DNA of 64,000 nucleotides from Orbicella franksi (lineage: Eukaryota): contig OZ116709.1 in NCBI GenBank assembly GCA_964199315.1, positions 1,550,001 through 1,614,000 of the forward strand, read 5' to 3'. A program made the translations under genes and the position numbers. The notes under the pieces were generated by a model. The model worked only from the letters and a program-made list of their open reading frames with translations. It did no database searches and was not told where the DNA came from. The first letter of the stretch is position 1. Each line of letters starts with the position of its first letter. Shown here one piece after another: positions 1 through 12,238 of this stretch.

Positions 1-361
1 TGTTCATGTCTATGACACCACTGCCACTGATTATTAAATAAGTAGGGAGGATTTTAAGAAACATTTAAGACTCAATTCAGTTATTGAAAAGTTAAGCCAG
101 GCCACTGCAGATGCTGTTTGTAATGTACAGTCCCTGTTTTGATCTACAGCTGTTGAGGGGTAAAAGCAAGTATAACTGGGGGGTAACTGTGCAAAATATA
201 TTAGGGGAAGGGGAGGGGTGAGATTGTCTTGAATTAGTATCCCATCAAAGTTGAGTAAAGTACCCCTATAGTTCGTCATGCTGTGTAAACCAGAGACAAG
301 CCTTGGCTTGACCAGTCGCTACACTTTACTCATAATTGGGTATGGTTTTCTTTTCCTGCAG

Positions 362-3300
362 ATCCAGGATCACCATATCAGTATATTTGTTCGCACGATA
401 CCGGAGTACACAGCGTTTCATTGCCATGGGCTAAGAAACTACAAAGTTATTGTCTGCAAGGTAATATTTTAGTAATTTTTTTTCCTGAAAAAAAAAAAAA
501 CAATAATTATAATAATATTATTGTGATATGTTATTTGCAAAAGGTTCTTTACAGACATATTCTCATCATGAACTGCATTTTTCTGACTTCCTGTCTGTGC
601 CAGGTTCTGTTAAACGTAAAGTAAAGAAATGATCCTTGCATTTGTGTTTCCAATAAACAAATACAAAGAGACAAAAAAATTAACAGAAAAATTCAGGATT
701 CTTTGCAGATCACATAACTTCATTTGTGGTCACTTACATAAATGCTGCATTACAAAGTATAGCATTCAGTTTTAACTATGACATTGTGATCTCAGCATTG
801 GAAACCTTAATAAAACAAATTAGTTTTCCCTCTTTCTCAGATGGTGAAGGTTCTTTTGATCCTGAAGAAGCTGCCATTGTATATCACATGATATGTACTT
901 CCCCGACAGCAGCAAGGTACATTATCTTATCTTAATTGCATATTTCCTAGTTAAGGAATAAAAATGATTCTCCAATGACCATGTGTAAAACTTATTCTAG
1001 CTTTAAGTAGATATAGATAAATGGGTAGACCTAATTTAAATTCCTCTCAACTTGCTGTTTTCTGACTGTTTATATGTACATGCATCTATATTTCCCTGTT
1101 TCAGTTTGTCATCTCCAATCCTTGGTGTTTGTGTGGTAGACAGCAGAATTCTTGGTTCTTCAATGCTATGTTTGACCTCAAAGATGGAGTGCATTGTTAA
1201 ACCCTTGAGGTAAAATCATTGAAATCAATGTATCATTATAAATTTCTAATTTGTACAAAATGTAAGTCCAAAAGTTACCTAGATGTAATGAATTGAACTA
1301 CAATTTATTTTATTTTCTTTCATTTTGCATCATTCGTGATCCTAGTTTACTGAATAGACCACCCTCTCCATCAACAACTGAAACAGATGAAGAAACCAGC
1401 TATGAAAGGTCAGTTGTCAGCCCTATTCAACCTCAAAAGTATTAAAGCAAGAAATATGTGCTTGTCAGAAAAACAGTGTTAGTAGCGTATGAGTAAAGTA
1501 CCTGACTGTTGACTTTTTCTGTTGGTTGTTTTACTTACAGTGCAGTGTTTTCACCAATCCGACACTTGAATGTGGGATTATTTAAAAGTCAGATTGAGAA
1601 GATATTAACAAGAAACACTTCAACACCTTTGTTAAGGTTAGTTCACCTGTGAACCTGACTTAGTGACATGAGTGATCACAACTCATTGACAGGTTGAAAC
1701 AATAAAATAATAAAAAAATTAACTAATAAGGCAAGAAAAACATCTTAGTAATGGAAAGTACTTCCAAAGCCATAACACATGAAAGGGTAAATGGGCCCAC
1801 TCCACCTATTGCTGCTCCTCAGAATGGGGTCCTAGTGCATCAGAGGCACACCCCCCCCCCCCTCCCTCCCCCATATAATGCATTTAGGATGTAGAGATCT
1901 TTGCTTGTTTGCTGGTTGGTTGGTTGATTTGTTTTTTATTTGGGAAGGGGCTTATATTTGGCAGTTTACTGTTATCAGTAGACCTTCATCAAACCATATT
2001 TACTTGATGACTGAATGTATCAACTTTTAACACTGCCTCCCAACTGTCCCACTAACACATCATGCTCCTTCTTTACTTTGTCTCTCCAAGCACAATGACT
2101 GTTGTGAAGGTTCTTCATGCCAACATGACACTGTTTAAAGTAGAAAAATTGTCTTGTAGAGCTGGCAAAGAATCTGAGAAACTCTCTCAGGAGGACTGTT
2201 ATCAACTGCTTATTCAAGTACAAGAAATATTGAGGAAAGAGTATATTCAAAAACAAAACAAGGCCAGGGAAGAGATTGAAAAAAGGTAACCGCAACAAGT
2301 GTATAGTATAGAATGAAACAGGAAGCCACAGCAAGGACATGTCTATGCCAGAAAAAAAGAAGAAAAATTATAAATATAAACAATTTGCACAAGAGTCCAA
2401 GTTTTAAGTCAGGTGGTGAATCAAAGCAGGGCACCCTTCTGACCTTGCAGTCAAAGTGTTAACAGAAATGTTTTGTCTCAGAATCTCAATCCTCAAAGAC
2501 CAGAAGGAGCAACAGAACCAACACTTGGTAAAACTTCACAGAATCAGTGATGAGCTTAGAGAACAAGCTGTTGCACTGGGAGGAAAGCTGGATGACACAT
2601 CAGAGAGGCATATGGATCTCATTAGAAGGTAGATATTAAATAATTTGGTGACAGTAGCATGTCCAGTGTGTTGGTAGAGTTTGATGACACTTAATATGAA
2701 ATAGTTAGTGATAGGTATTGATTTGCTGCCCATATACAGATCTATACCTGTACCACTTTAATTTTTGATAATTTTGTAAAATGTTTTCCTGAAAATTATT
2801 TTTTCCATGAGAATAACTCTCTCCTTTAGTATAACTTTCCAGGAAATATAATTTGTCTGCCTCTCTGTGTTTGGAGGGGGTAGAGTGGGGTACAAAGTGA
2901 TGACACTAAATTTATCAAATTTGTATTATTTCTTGCAGGCTGGAATCTCTTTTCCGTTTTGTTCACAATGGCATTCCAGTTTTATCCCATGCCGAGAGTA
3001 AAATGAAAAAAGAGTTAGAAGACATTGAAACATTTTTACAATTCCATAGGGAATCACTGGAACAGGTACAAAGAGTGTCATGATGACAAGATCTTTTTTG
3101 TTTTATTTGGTTGTTCTTGTCTATGGCAAGAAAAAGTAGCATGAAAGGCATCCATGTAATGAACATTTTTTTTGGACATCGCATACATTTACAGCTTGTG
3201 TTGTATTGGGTATAACCTGTTTTCAGAATGTTCTATTGTAGAATCAGTGGATTACATGGTTAAGAAGGTCTAATCTTCTGATAACTGTTTCTTTTTTATT

Positions 3301-4346
3301 ACAGATTGAAGTGAAAAATAAGTATTCAAAAAAGAGTCCACAGAAGTCCACATCTTCCAAGTTACCAGTTCTTAATGTTTCCCAGCAAAATAACATTAGA
3401 AAAGTACTTAGTGATGAGTAAGTGCACAGCTTGTTTGTTACCTTTCAATTCTACCTCTCCTTACTGTTTGCTTATTCAGGTGGTGTCTGTCCTTGGTTGA
3501 TATTTTCTTTACATTTCTTATCGCTTGTCCACCTAACCATGTACTGACATCATCATGGAAAATAACAAAACTTGATGAAAAATGCTCCTACACTATAATT
3601 ATGTTATCTATAACATGTACACTCTGAGATGGAAATGGAATCTGAGATGTGTTTGATATGACTTGTGATTGGGACAGCAAGCTGAGCATACAGTTAAGGC
3701 CAAAATGCAGATTGGGTTGTTTGTCAAATTGGATTTTGATTGTATCGCCATCGCTGATAAAGTGATTCCCACAAGAGACTTTTTAAAGTTTATAAATGAA
3801 ATCACCCAAGACATGCAATAATTTGTTTTCATACAGCAATAATCACATTTGTCAATGAAGCACTTCTGAGCTATGTGTATGGTTAGAAAAGCCATAATGG
3901 CTGATTTGCTATTCTTTACTGATGAAAAGAATACTGACCAAACTGTCTTTTCAAGGTCTCAGAAATGTTGCTTTAAATGTCAAGTTTTAAATTTTAAAAA
4001 GCACTATGACCATTTGTCCTGACTTATTGCATTCAAACTAGCCAGCCAGTGCAGATGAATTTCCAGCTTCAATATTTTTTCTGCATCATAACACAACAGC
4101 CAGAATTTATCTGTGTTACATGCTACATTCAAACACTCCCCATATTGCCATGAGGACACTGATGACTTATAAATTGCAAAGATGTCTGATATTATTGTGA
4201 ACCTGTTCAGAAAAAGGAACAGTATTGTGTAGCAACAAATAATATTGCATGTTTTTACTGATGGCTTTGTTTGTTTTTTTAGGAGTGAAATGATTACCGA
4301 CCTTGTAAATCAAGTCAAAGAACTCAAAATTCAAGTTGGATTGTAG
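362..4346 (+). CDS. NUP88: Nucleoporin Nup88, 3' part (5' exons lie outside the window)
   Basis: Ten GT-AG exons in consistent phase: 362-460, 841-916, 1105-1209, 1346-1408, 1541-1636, 2160-2285, 2482-2628, 2939-3065, 3305-3417, 4283-4346 (TAG). The translation (DPGSPYQYICSHDTGVHSVSLPW...SPILGVCVV...MLCLTSKMECIVKPL...CYQLLIQVQEILRKEYIQKQNKAREEIEKR...IPVLSHAESKMKKEL...EMITDLVNQVKELK) follows the Nup88 end-of-propeller plus C-terminal coiled coil as I recall it from human ([38 protein letters not shown]). Confidence 0.93.
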
Positions 4347-5099
4347 TCTTAGTCAATAATCAGAGCCTTCCAAGATACATGTGTCAGATATGATATGAAA
4401 AGACTGAAAGGAAATATATCTAGTGACACAAAGACCACCTTTGTAGATTAGGGTTGGTTCGTCTTCTATAAAAGTGTGAAGTTTATTCTGATGTTGGAGA
4501 ATAATTACTTGTGTTCAATTGCATGTAAATTACTACAGGTTTGTAACAGTTATGAATCTGAATCAACTTTTGTGTTGACTAATTTACTCCATTTTATTTC
4601 AATTGATATTAATTTATTTGGTTTTGCATAGTGTACATGTAAAACTTTACTTCAATACAGCACTGATAATTGGTAGGAAGTTTGCACAGCTTGGGGTTCA
4701 AGATAGATTAAGATTCCTTATCTTCCTTTAGTTTGTTGAGCATGGTCAAGGGAGAAAACAAAGGAGAAAAAATATGAGGAAAAAAAATAGCTTTTACCTA
4801 GCCAATCTTTAGTTTGGTGTTATTAGGTTGTTATAATTTGACTGTATATAGAAATCTACTTTTTATTAAATAACCATTTATTAGCAAAACTGTCTTACTG
4901 TCTTCTGTCTGACGTTACTGCTATGAGTGTGTCATGAGAAATGACAAGTCAATCAAACAATCAATTTTATTCTAAAAAAAAACACTAAAGTTGAACTTGA
5001 CTCCATGACCATCCATGAGACAGAGATAATAATATTTTTGTTATTTCACTTAACAACTATTTTTTATGAATGGAATCTTGACAAGACTGTAGATTGATG

Positions 5100-7985
5100 T
5101 TATGTGGACACATTTTTAAAGGGCAAGCTTCCACCAATGGATAAATTAGGTGGTAAATTGCATGTGTCAATTGATTTAAATGTTCTGGTGTCCTTAGGCT
5201 TTGCTGATGTGTAAAAATTGATGACATCCTCAACAGTGTTCATTTCGTTTAACTGGAAATTGGGTACCAGAAGACCAAACTCTTCATAACATCTGTTAAG
5301 AACCTGAAGGTGGAAAAAAAGGTTATTTAAGGGACTGGTCAAAAGTACAAGGGGGGGGGGGGGTGGGCTGGAGCATTTGAAAATGTGTTGGTTAGAAAAC
5401 ACATGACCCACCCCTTCCATGTGGCACAAAACTAAGTGACCCACCCCTAAATGAAGGTTGAAAATTACGTGACCCACCCTCTATAAAACATGACATTTTT
5501 GGTTGCATAATCTAACAAAATCATATTTTGTGTATGGAATTGAGATATTGTTCACATTTAAGATTTTTTCCTTAACAATAATACAAAACCATCTAAAAAT
5601 AATATTCTTTTCCTTTACTTTTACAACTTTAGGTCATGTCTGTAAACTTTAAAAAAGCTTGACCATAAACCTTTCACACTTGGCCTTTAGTCTCACTACC
5701 CGTAGAACAGTCATCCACCTAGAAAAATTGGCTGTAGTGAGTTCTGGACTCACAAAGCCTGTAAACAATGAGTCCTAGGCCCAAGAGTGTGAGTCCCAGA
5801 TCCATAAACATGTGTACCGTACCCATAGGGACAAATAGCATGTGGACATAAGGTGGCCATTTGGTGTCCTTGAAGACCGGCAAGACGAAAGAGCGCAGTA
5901 TTTTGAAAATTTCTGCCCTGGGACTTCCGTCAGACTTCTTAGCTTTCATACAGATTTTACAATCCATGAAATTTGCATCCCTATTGTACACCAGCTACCG
6001 CTCGAAAATATTCATCCTTTGGAACTGGAAGAAGTTACCTCTGTTGTTGATCATGTCAAAAGTGCGCCAATTCCAGTAATAAAACAAGATGACCCACTCC
6101 CATGGGTAACTGAAAATTGAACACCCCCCCCCCTAACCAAGGTCTCAAAATCTGATGACCCACCCCTTCTCTTCTCCGGCCCACCCAACCCCCCCCCCCC
6201 CAATACTTTTTGACCACTCCCTAATTGTTCTGAGTCTGCCCAATGACCTTCCAAACCAGAGGCTTCTTGTTAATGCAAAGTGTAAATGTAAATTGTAAGG
6301 TAAGTAGCAGATCTTGAAACCCCCTCTTGAGTTTCCCCTAGGCTTTGTTATCTACAGCCCCCTAACCATCAAACTACTGCCACTACATAAGGTTTTGTAG
6401 CAATGCACAATCATTTTTCTTTGAACTCGCCTTATATTTGACAACAAGGTCTTGGACTGACTGATTCTGCCATTCCTGGATGTTAGGTATAGCTTCTGTG
6501 ACAATGTGTTCAAGTTTATTCACAATTTCGTGCGTCTCCATACTGTATACTGACGGATCCTCAGCCTTGACCAGTTGATAATAACTGCAATGAAAGTTTA
6601 AATGTTACTATTATTCATCAGTGTATGACAAGGTGACCTCTAGAAACCACCAGGCTTTTGGTCGAGGCCACCTCGTACATAACAATACAGTTACATAGAT
6701 AGTGCTACAGTGTGCGGCTTTCCCAGTTCAGTAATTATGTTACTTAAAACTCTATCAGTTTTTTTCTTAAAATTGGGAGAACTTGGCAAAGAAGTGATTG
6801 CAACAGGAAGGGAATTCCAGATCTTTGCACCTTGGTAAAGAATACTAAACTTAAAGCTGTCCAGCTCATAGAAACCCAGACTCAATGGGAGGCCTGGGAG
6901 CACTTAAAAGTAATGATTTGAACAAGAACTCTTCCTTTACATTATTTTATTTGACTGGAAGTCAACTTACTTGTTGTTGAGTAGTTGAATGGGTGCTGGG
7001 AATAAAGCCCTAAGTGACTTTTGGAAAATTTAGAGGTACCATAGCCAGGATGGAAATACATGTACCTACTGGCAATTTTCACAGTTTACTCTGATTTTAA
7101 TTCTTGTCTAAAAAGAACTCTTAATTATTACTAGGTCTTTTTAGACAATAATGAAAACCAGAGTTAACCGTAACCATGGCTGGAAGTGGCTGGAAGGTAT
7201 TTTACTGCTGGTTCTCTCAAAGTTTTCCAAAAGTCACTTTCAGCATTATTCCACTCACCCCTTCAGTTGCATTTGCTCTGCTGTGAAATCCTCACTGTCC
7301 TCAGGAGTGTTTGTATTGAAATATCAGGCTTAAGAAGCTGGAATTCCTTGTTATGTAAAACAAATTACAGTACCCCTTTAAGAACTATTGGTTACCTACA
7401 AATCTCTCAAGAAATTGTAAGCTAAGGCACGAATCTTAAAAGGAGTCACCCTCCCTTTGCCTCCCCCCTGCACATTTGAGCATAGTCGTAGTAATTTTTA
7501 ATGGATCTGTCACTGCACTACAAAATCCAAATCCTCAATATTACCAACAGTACTGATGTTCCAAGACCCTTTGGCCGGGTATGCACGTTGCTCTCTATCC
7601 CTTTATAAATCCTTAGTTTATTGCACCTTTCACTCCTCGAAATTCGCAATCTGAATCAATTGTGTTTATGAAAAACAGGAAGTATAGCTTTAAAAATAAA
7701 ACAACAAATTAAGGAAATAAAAATACCAGAATTTGGTTCTAGTCTTAAAATACTTTCACTACAGTTAAGCTCAAAAGTTCTTTGAATCTGAGCCACTTAG
7801 TTCACGAACCTCTCAACTGTTTCCTTTTCTTCAGGCGGTGCTTTCTCGCCAAAGACGAACCTTTTCACCCTTTCGATAAGACGATCTGTTTTTGTAAGAT
7901 CAGTACTAAAATACAATCTACCAACGGTCCGCGAAACTCCTTTGAACTTTGCAAATCCGCACCAACTTCGTGCTACGCCCGCCAT
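5100..7985 (-). CDS. MRPL50: Mitochondrial ribosomal protein mL50
   Basis: Exons 7985-7810, 6584-6431 and 5303-5100 (TAA) give 177 aa. The N-terminus MAGVARSWCGFAKFKGVSRTVGRLYFS looks like a transit peptide. The core EWQNQSVQDLVVKYKVLNRCYEEFGLLVPNFQLNEMNTVEDVINFY...NLPPNLSI matches the mL50 pattern (WQDISL...HVVPNSRLHQM...DVLDFY...NLPPNL). Intron 2 needs a GC donor. Confidence 0.88.
5331..6221. mobile_element. Non-autonomous TIR DNA transposon (TAA TSD, GGGA termini; Zator- or PIF/Harbinger-like) carrying a decayed TTF zinc-finger fragment
   Basis: The left end GGGACTGGTCAAAAGTAC+polyG+GTGGGCTGG is the inverse of the right end CCGGCCCACCC+polyC+AATACTTTTTGACCACTCCC. TAA flanks both sides (5328-30, 6222-24). 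Five TGACCCAC(C/T)CC subterminal motifs are present. The element lies in MRPL50 intron 2. Confidence 0.8.
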
Positions 7986-9696
7986 GTTGTTACCCAACCA
8001 TACCCAGTGTTCTCGCGGTCGCCACGCGTGTGCACCGCCCCGTCTCTCGCGGTCAAAGACAAAAATAAAAGGCTCTTTGAAGACATTCAAAGACATACAA
8101 AGACATACTGAGGGATGCAAAGAAGTCCGATCACAGGATGAAAAGAACTGAAATCGTGACCTTAGAAATCTCAGACCTCTAAAAATAATACGAAAATCGC
8201 AACCGCAAAATCGCAAATTGTGTGACAAGAGAAAGGGACCAATCATATTGTTCAGTCATGACATGATTGAACTGCCATTCACATGTAAATTATTTTGGGT
8301 GTGCTGATTTTAACTTGATGTTTTATTCTAAACAAGTTTAATCGGGGTGGCACGACAGAAACTTTTGGAAAGACAAAAATTTTTTAAAATTTCCTCTTCT
8401 ACTGCATTGTTTCAACGACCAAGATTAAAAAAATTGCAAATCCACCATACACTTGTAATGTAGAAGCTTTCTCCATGATCTTACACTGCGAAGATCAAAT
8501 TGTTTTGGATGTACAATTTCACTTGCAAGTTGACGAGCCTTACGTTAGCGGCCAAGCATGGATGCCATTTCTCCTCAATACTCAGACTTTTTTCAGTGTT
8601 CTTGTGATGCTTATAATCACTAAACTGGGCGTTTTAAGATCCATGAAGATCAGAAGACTGCAGATTCAAATTCAAGTCGACAAAAAACCAGGTAAGACGG
8701 AGTTTTAATTTTGTGAATTCGAAATACAAACCGCATGCGAACATTTGCTCCATGCATATAAGATGCTACCTGCATGGTGACCTTTGGAAATCGTGCAACA
8801 AAAATTCTTTTGATACGGCGTAAAAATTGCTCGTGACTAGATTATCAGGGGTATTATGTTTTTCTTTACGAAATGTGGATAACTTCAACTATTAGTATTT
8901 TGCTATCACTGACAGTGGAAGTGTATAGCCAAGCCCTTTTAGCGTCAGGAAATATAGAAAATGCAAATTTTTGCATCATACGATACGATTCTAGCCATTT
9001 CATTGGCCAAATTATCTGCTTGTTATTTTTGAATGCCTGAAATCTTGTAATAAGTAAAATGAAAGCAGTTTTAGATTCTTACAACTTCCTTGAAATATTC
9101 GAATTTTACAAATGCGGCCGGGAATTCAGACAGTTTATATAGAAAGTAGCTGGTTTAATATAATTACCGTTACTTTGGTGTCGGATGTTAGATTGAGATA
9201 TTATAACGCTAGCCTCGATTTAGTGAGTACACTTCAAACCTGTATACAGAACAAATGCAAATAAAGCTGACATAATGTGTACGATCGTGGAAATTAAAGG
9301 TACCGGTAGCATAGCAGTCAGAAGTTACAAGTGCTGTGTGGCTGAGTTGGTTGTGCAGTCGTTCTGTCGGTGCCCCGAGGGTTTTCTGATAATCAACAAT
9401 CGGTCATGCATACAGAGTGTAAAAGGAATAGCTCATTAACTAAGAGCAAAATATTAATTTACTTCACCTTTACCCTTTGTACGGCAGCTCAATTCTTGAA
9501 GATGAATATTATGCAAAATAATATTTGATTCAAGCGCCTTACGCACAAACGAAGCCTGAAATTTGCATTTTCGAGAACATTTATTGCATTCCTAAGAAAA
9601 ACGGAAAGAATAGCGCGCCAGTCAGCGAAAGGGCATCGCGTGTATTATATATGCATCGCCAGAAGGCATTTCTCTAAGAAAGGCAAATGCTGATTT

Positions 9697-10512
9697 AACG
9701 GTTAGATTTTAATTACAAAAATATGGCAAGATATGTTTATCAAATTTAAGATTTTCTATCACCATTCTTACTAGCTCTAGGGTTGCGCCTCGCATGGGTA
9801 ACTTTATTTTCCCGTTCGCGCAATTCAGTATTGGTCCTTTTCTTCTTTTAATTATATTGTAATTTTGTGACCAATAAAGTTGATAGACTAGACTAGACAA
9901 AACTTTTAAACAGCTAATCAAACGCGAACACTGTCTGGAACAATGACTTTGGGAATAATAATTTTGATAGAGAACCATTTCTTTCTCATGCTAATCGTAA
10001 ACAATCTTTGTTTAACTTGAAGAAATTTTCTCTGTTTACATTAAAATCTTGTTAACTTAGATGAAGATAAAAGTAACAGGATTCAAAGGTTAGATTTAAA
10101 ATTACAAAAGTATGGAACGGCATGTTTATTCAGAACATTACAAAACTTTTAAACAGCTAATCAAACGCGAACACTGTCTGGACCAATGACTTAGGGAATA
10201 ATAATTTTGATAGAGAACCATTTCTTTCTCATGCTAATCGTAAACAATCTTTGTTTGACTTGAAGAAATTTTCGCTGTTTACATTGAAATCTTGTTAACT
10301 TCAGGATAAAGATAAAAGTAACAGAGTTCAACGGTTAGATTTTAATTAAAAAAGTATGGAACGGTATGTTTATTCAGAGCATTACAAAACTTTTAAACAG
10401 CTAATCAAACGCGAACACTGGCTGGACACACGACTTTCTTTCTCTTGCTAATCGTGAGACAATCTTTGTTCAACGTGAGGAAATTTTGGCTGCTAATAAT
10501 TTAAATCTTGTT
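9697..10512. repeat. Tandem array with a ~243-bp unit
   Basis: AACTTTTAAACAGCTAATCAAACGCGAACACT recurs at 9901, 10144 and 10388. The third unit is internally deleted, and a partial unit end lies at about 9697-9740. Confidence 0.9.
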
Positions 10513-10535
10513 AATTTGGATCACGGTAACAATGA

Positions 10536-11208
10536 GGGACTGTGCAATAATTACCTGGAGCGGAGGGAGGGTGGAGGGGAGGGGGGGGGGGGGGCTGAGA
10601 AATGGACTGGACTCTGAGCTTGTGTCGTCTTCGCATGAATTGGGAGATTCCTCATCTTCTACAGCACCTGTTCCCGCGTGCGTGGGTGAGAACTCGACCA
10701 ATCAACTCAGTCTTGCTTCCACTTATCTTAAGACCTTTTTGCTGTAGATACATTTTCAGCTGCTTGCTGGTAAGCGCTTTTACAACTTTTTCAATTGTCC
10801 AAGAAATAAGCGGAAGAGTGTTCCTTTCTCTTACTCTTTTTTTGGCTTTTGCATCCGGGAACTCAAGGTACTGTACATAACTTTTACATGCAGTCTCGTC
10901 CACGTTGTACTGGGAACATACCTCATGCAAAGATCTTTCTTCAGAAGAGGGCAATTTTCCCTCGTTGAACACATGATCTCTTTATCTGGACACTTGGGAG
11001 AAACTTGTCGATCTGGTCTCCAGTGGACGTTACCGTAGTGAATGGTAAATACTTTCCAGGCGAAGTAGCATGCATTAAATTTTATTTTATTTTATGTATT
11101 AAATTTTACATCCAACCCCCCCTCTCTCTCTTGTTGTCATTTTCTCCTATGCCTCCCTCTAATTTTCCACCCCCCCCCCTCTGCTCCAGGTAATTATTGC
11201 ACAGTTCC
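10536..11208. mobile_element. Non-autonomous TIR DNA transposon (GGGACTG termini, TGA/TAA flanks) carrying a SAP-domain coding fragment
   Basis: GGGACTGTGCAATAATTACCTGGAGC at 10536 is inverted at 11183-11208 (GCTCCAGGTAATTATTGCACAGTTCC), with G-rich or C-rich tracts internal to each TIR. Confidence 0.8.
10600..11075 (-). pseudogene. Frameshifted C-terminal fragment of a SAP-domain protein, probably transposon-encoded
   Basis: ORF 10652-10972 contains VKALTSKQLKMYLQQKGLKISGSKTELIGRVL, a typical SAP helix-loop-helix. An acidic tail (EDEESPNSCEDD) and an upstream stretch (HATSPGKYLPFTT...DKFLPSVQIK) lie in other frames. There is no ATG. Confidence 0.7.
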
Positions 11209-12238
11209 TAACTTGACTCTTTGGGCAGATCGTCTGTGTGAGGCTAGCTCGAGTCTTGAAAAGGATTGTTCTACTTATCTTCTTGCCAGGGTGAAAACAA
11301 AACATTAACAGACGATAACATCTCTGTCAATGAAGATAGTTTTAGTCCAACAATAGCATCAGCAAAATTGAAATTGCCATGCACGAGAAAAATCCTGCTC
11401 ATGGTGTTTCCTATCATTATTGGTCCTGAAGAATTTTTCGACGGTATCAGAAACACTAAGCAATCTTTCTTGGAACTGCCTGCGAGACAGAGATTACCTT
11501 TCCTTTCCACTCGGTAAGAGACGAACAGAAAGAGAAGTGAATCGCTGTCTCGCAGGGTATCTTGGAACTCTTTTTAGTAATCAGCTTAGTCAAAAAAAAT
11601 TATCACGTAATGCTATAGATGATTCGCCGTGTTCGGTGCTAACACTCGAAACATTTTATAGCTCGAGAACTATGTACATGATGTACGCAATGGACGTATA
11701 AGTATCAAAAGAGTGGGCGGGGCTGGGGCCGGTGGTCGGGGACGGGGCGGCGTCGCGCGTAGATTGCAAGGAGACATTTTTTGAAGAATGACTAAAGCTG
11801 ATTTTCAAAATGTTTACCCTAAGCATGACAAAGTGTAGCAGTTCAAACTTTGCTTTAATCGTTTTGCCTTCACTACACAACCGAACACACTCAAATTTTG
11901 AGGCATGGGCGCGTTGGTCAGCCAGCCAGCCTTTAATACTTTACTTGAAGAAACCCAAGCCCCAACCCTTCCAGTTGTCTCACCATTTCTGGTCGCCTAT
12001 CAACAGCTCTTCGTTCCCTTTCCGAGAAGCTGCATAATTTTTCCTGAGCAGTGGGCTAGTGTCACATGCTTCTAAGAAAACGGCGAAAAGAAAGTCATTC
12101 TTAAAACTCAGAGAAAAATAAAAGGTCATAAAAGAGATTGGAAGGTAAGAATTTGTCGACAACACTGACAACTCTCCCGAGGAAATAAAAATATTTTCGT
12201 AACGGAGGTCAGGGACTTGCAGCCAAACTAAACTGAAC

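Noticed and set aside
7782-8151. Plus-strand ORFs of 109 and 69 aa
   Set aside because: They are shadows of MRPL50 exon 1 on the opposite strand.
8460-8700. 77-aa ORF ending near a strong donor (CCAG|GTAAGA); THAP- or PAN-like domain considered
   Set aside because: The required Cys/His spacing is absent in all frames and no partner exon was found.
9333-9390. tRNA A-box-like GCTGTGTGGCTGAGTTGG
   Set aside because: No B box or cloverleaf follows.
9900-10512. CRISPR-like or other prokaryotic array
   Set aside because: The units are contiguous 243-bp tandem copies without unique spacers, in a eukaryotic context with no cas genes.
11906-12150. MGALVSQPAF... short ORF with a downstream donor
   Set aside because: It stops after about 56 codons, has no recognisable homology and sits among repeats.
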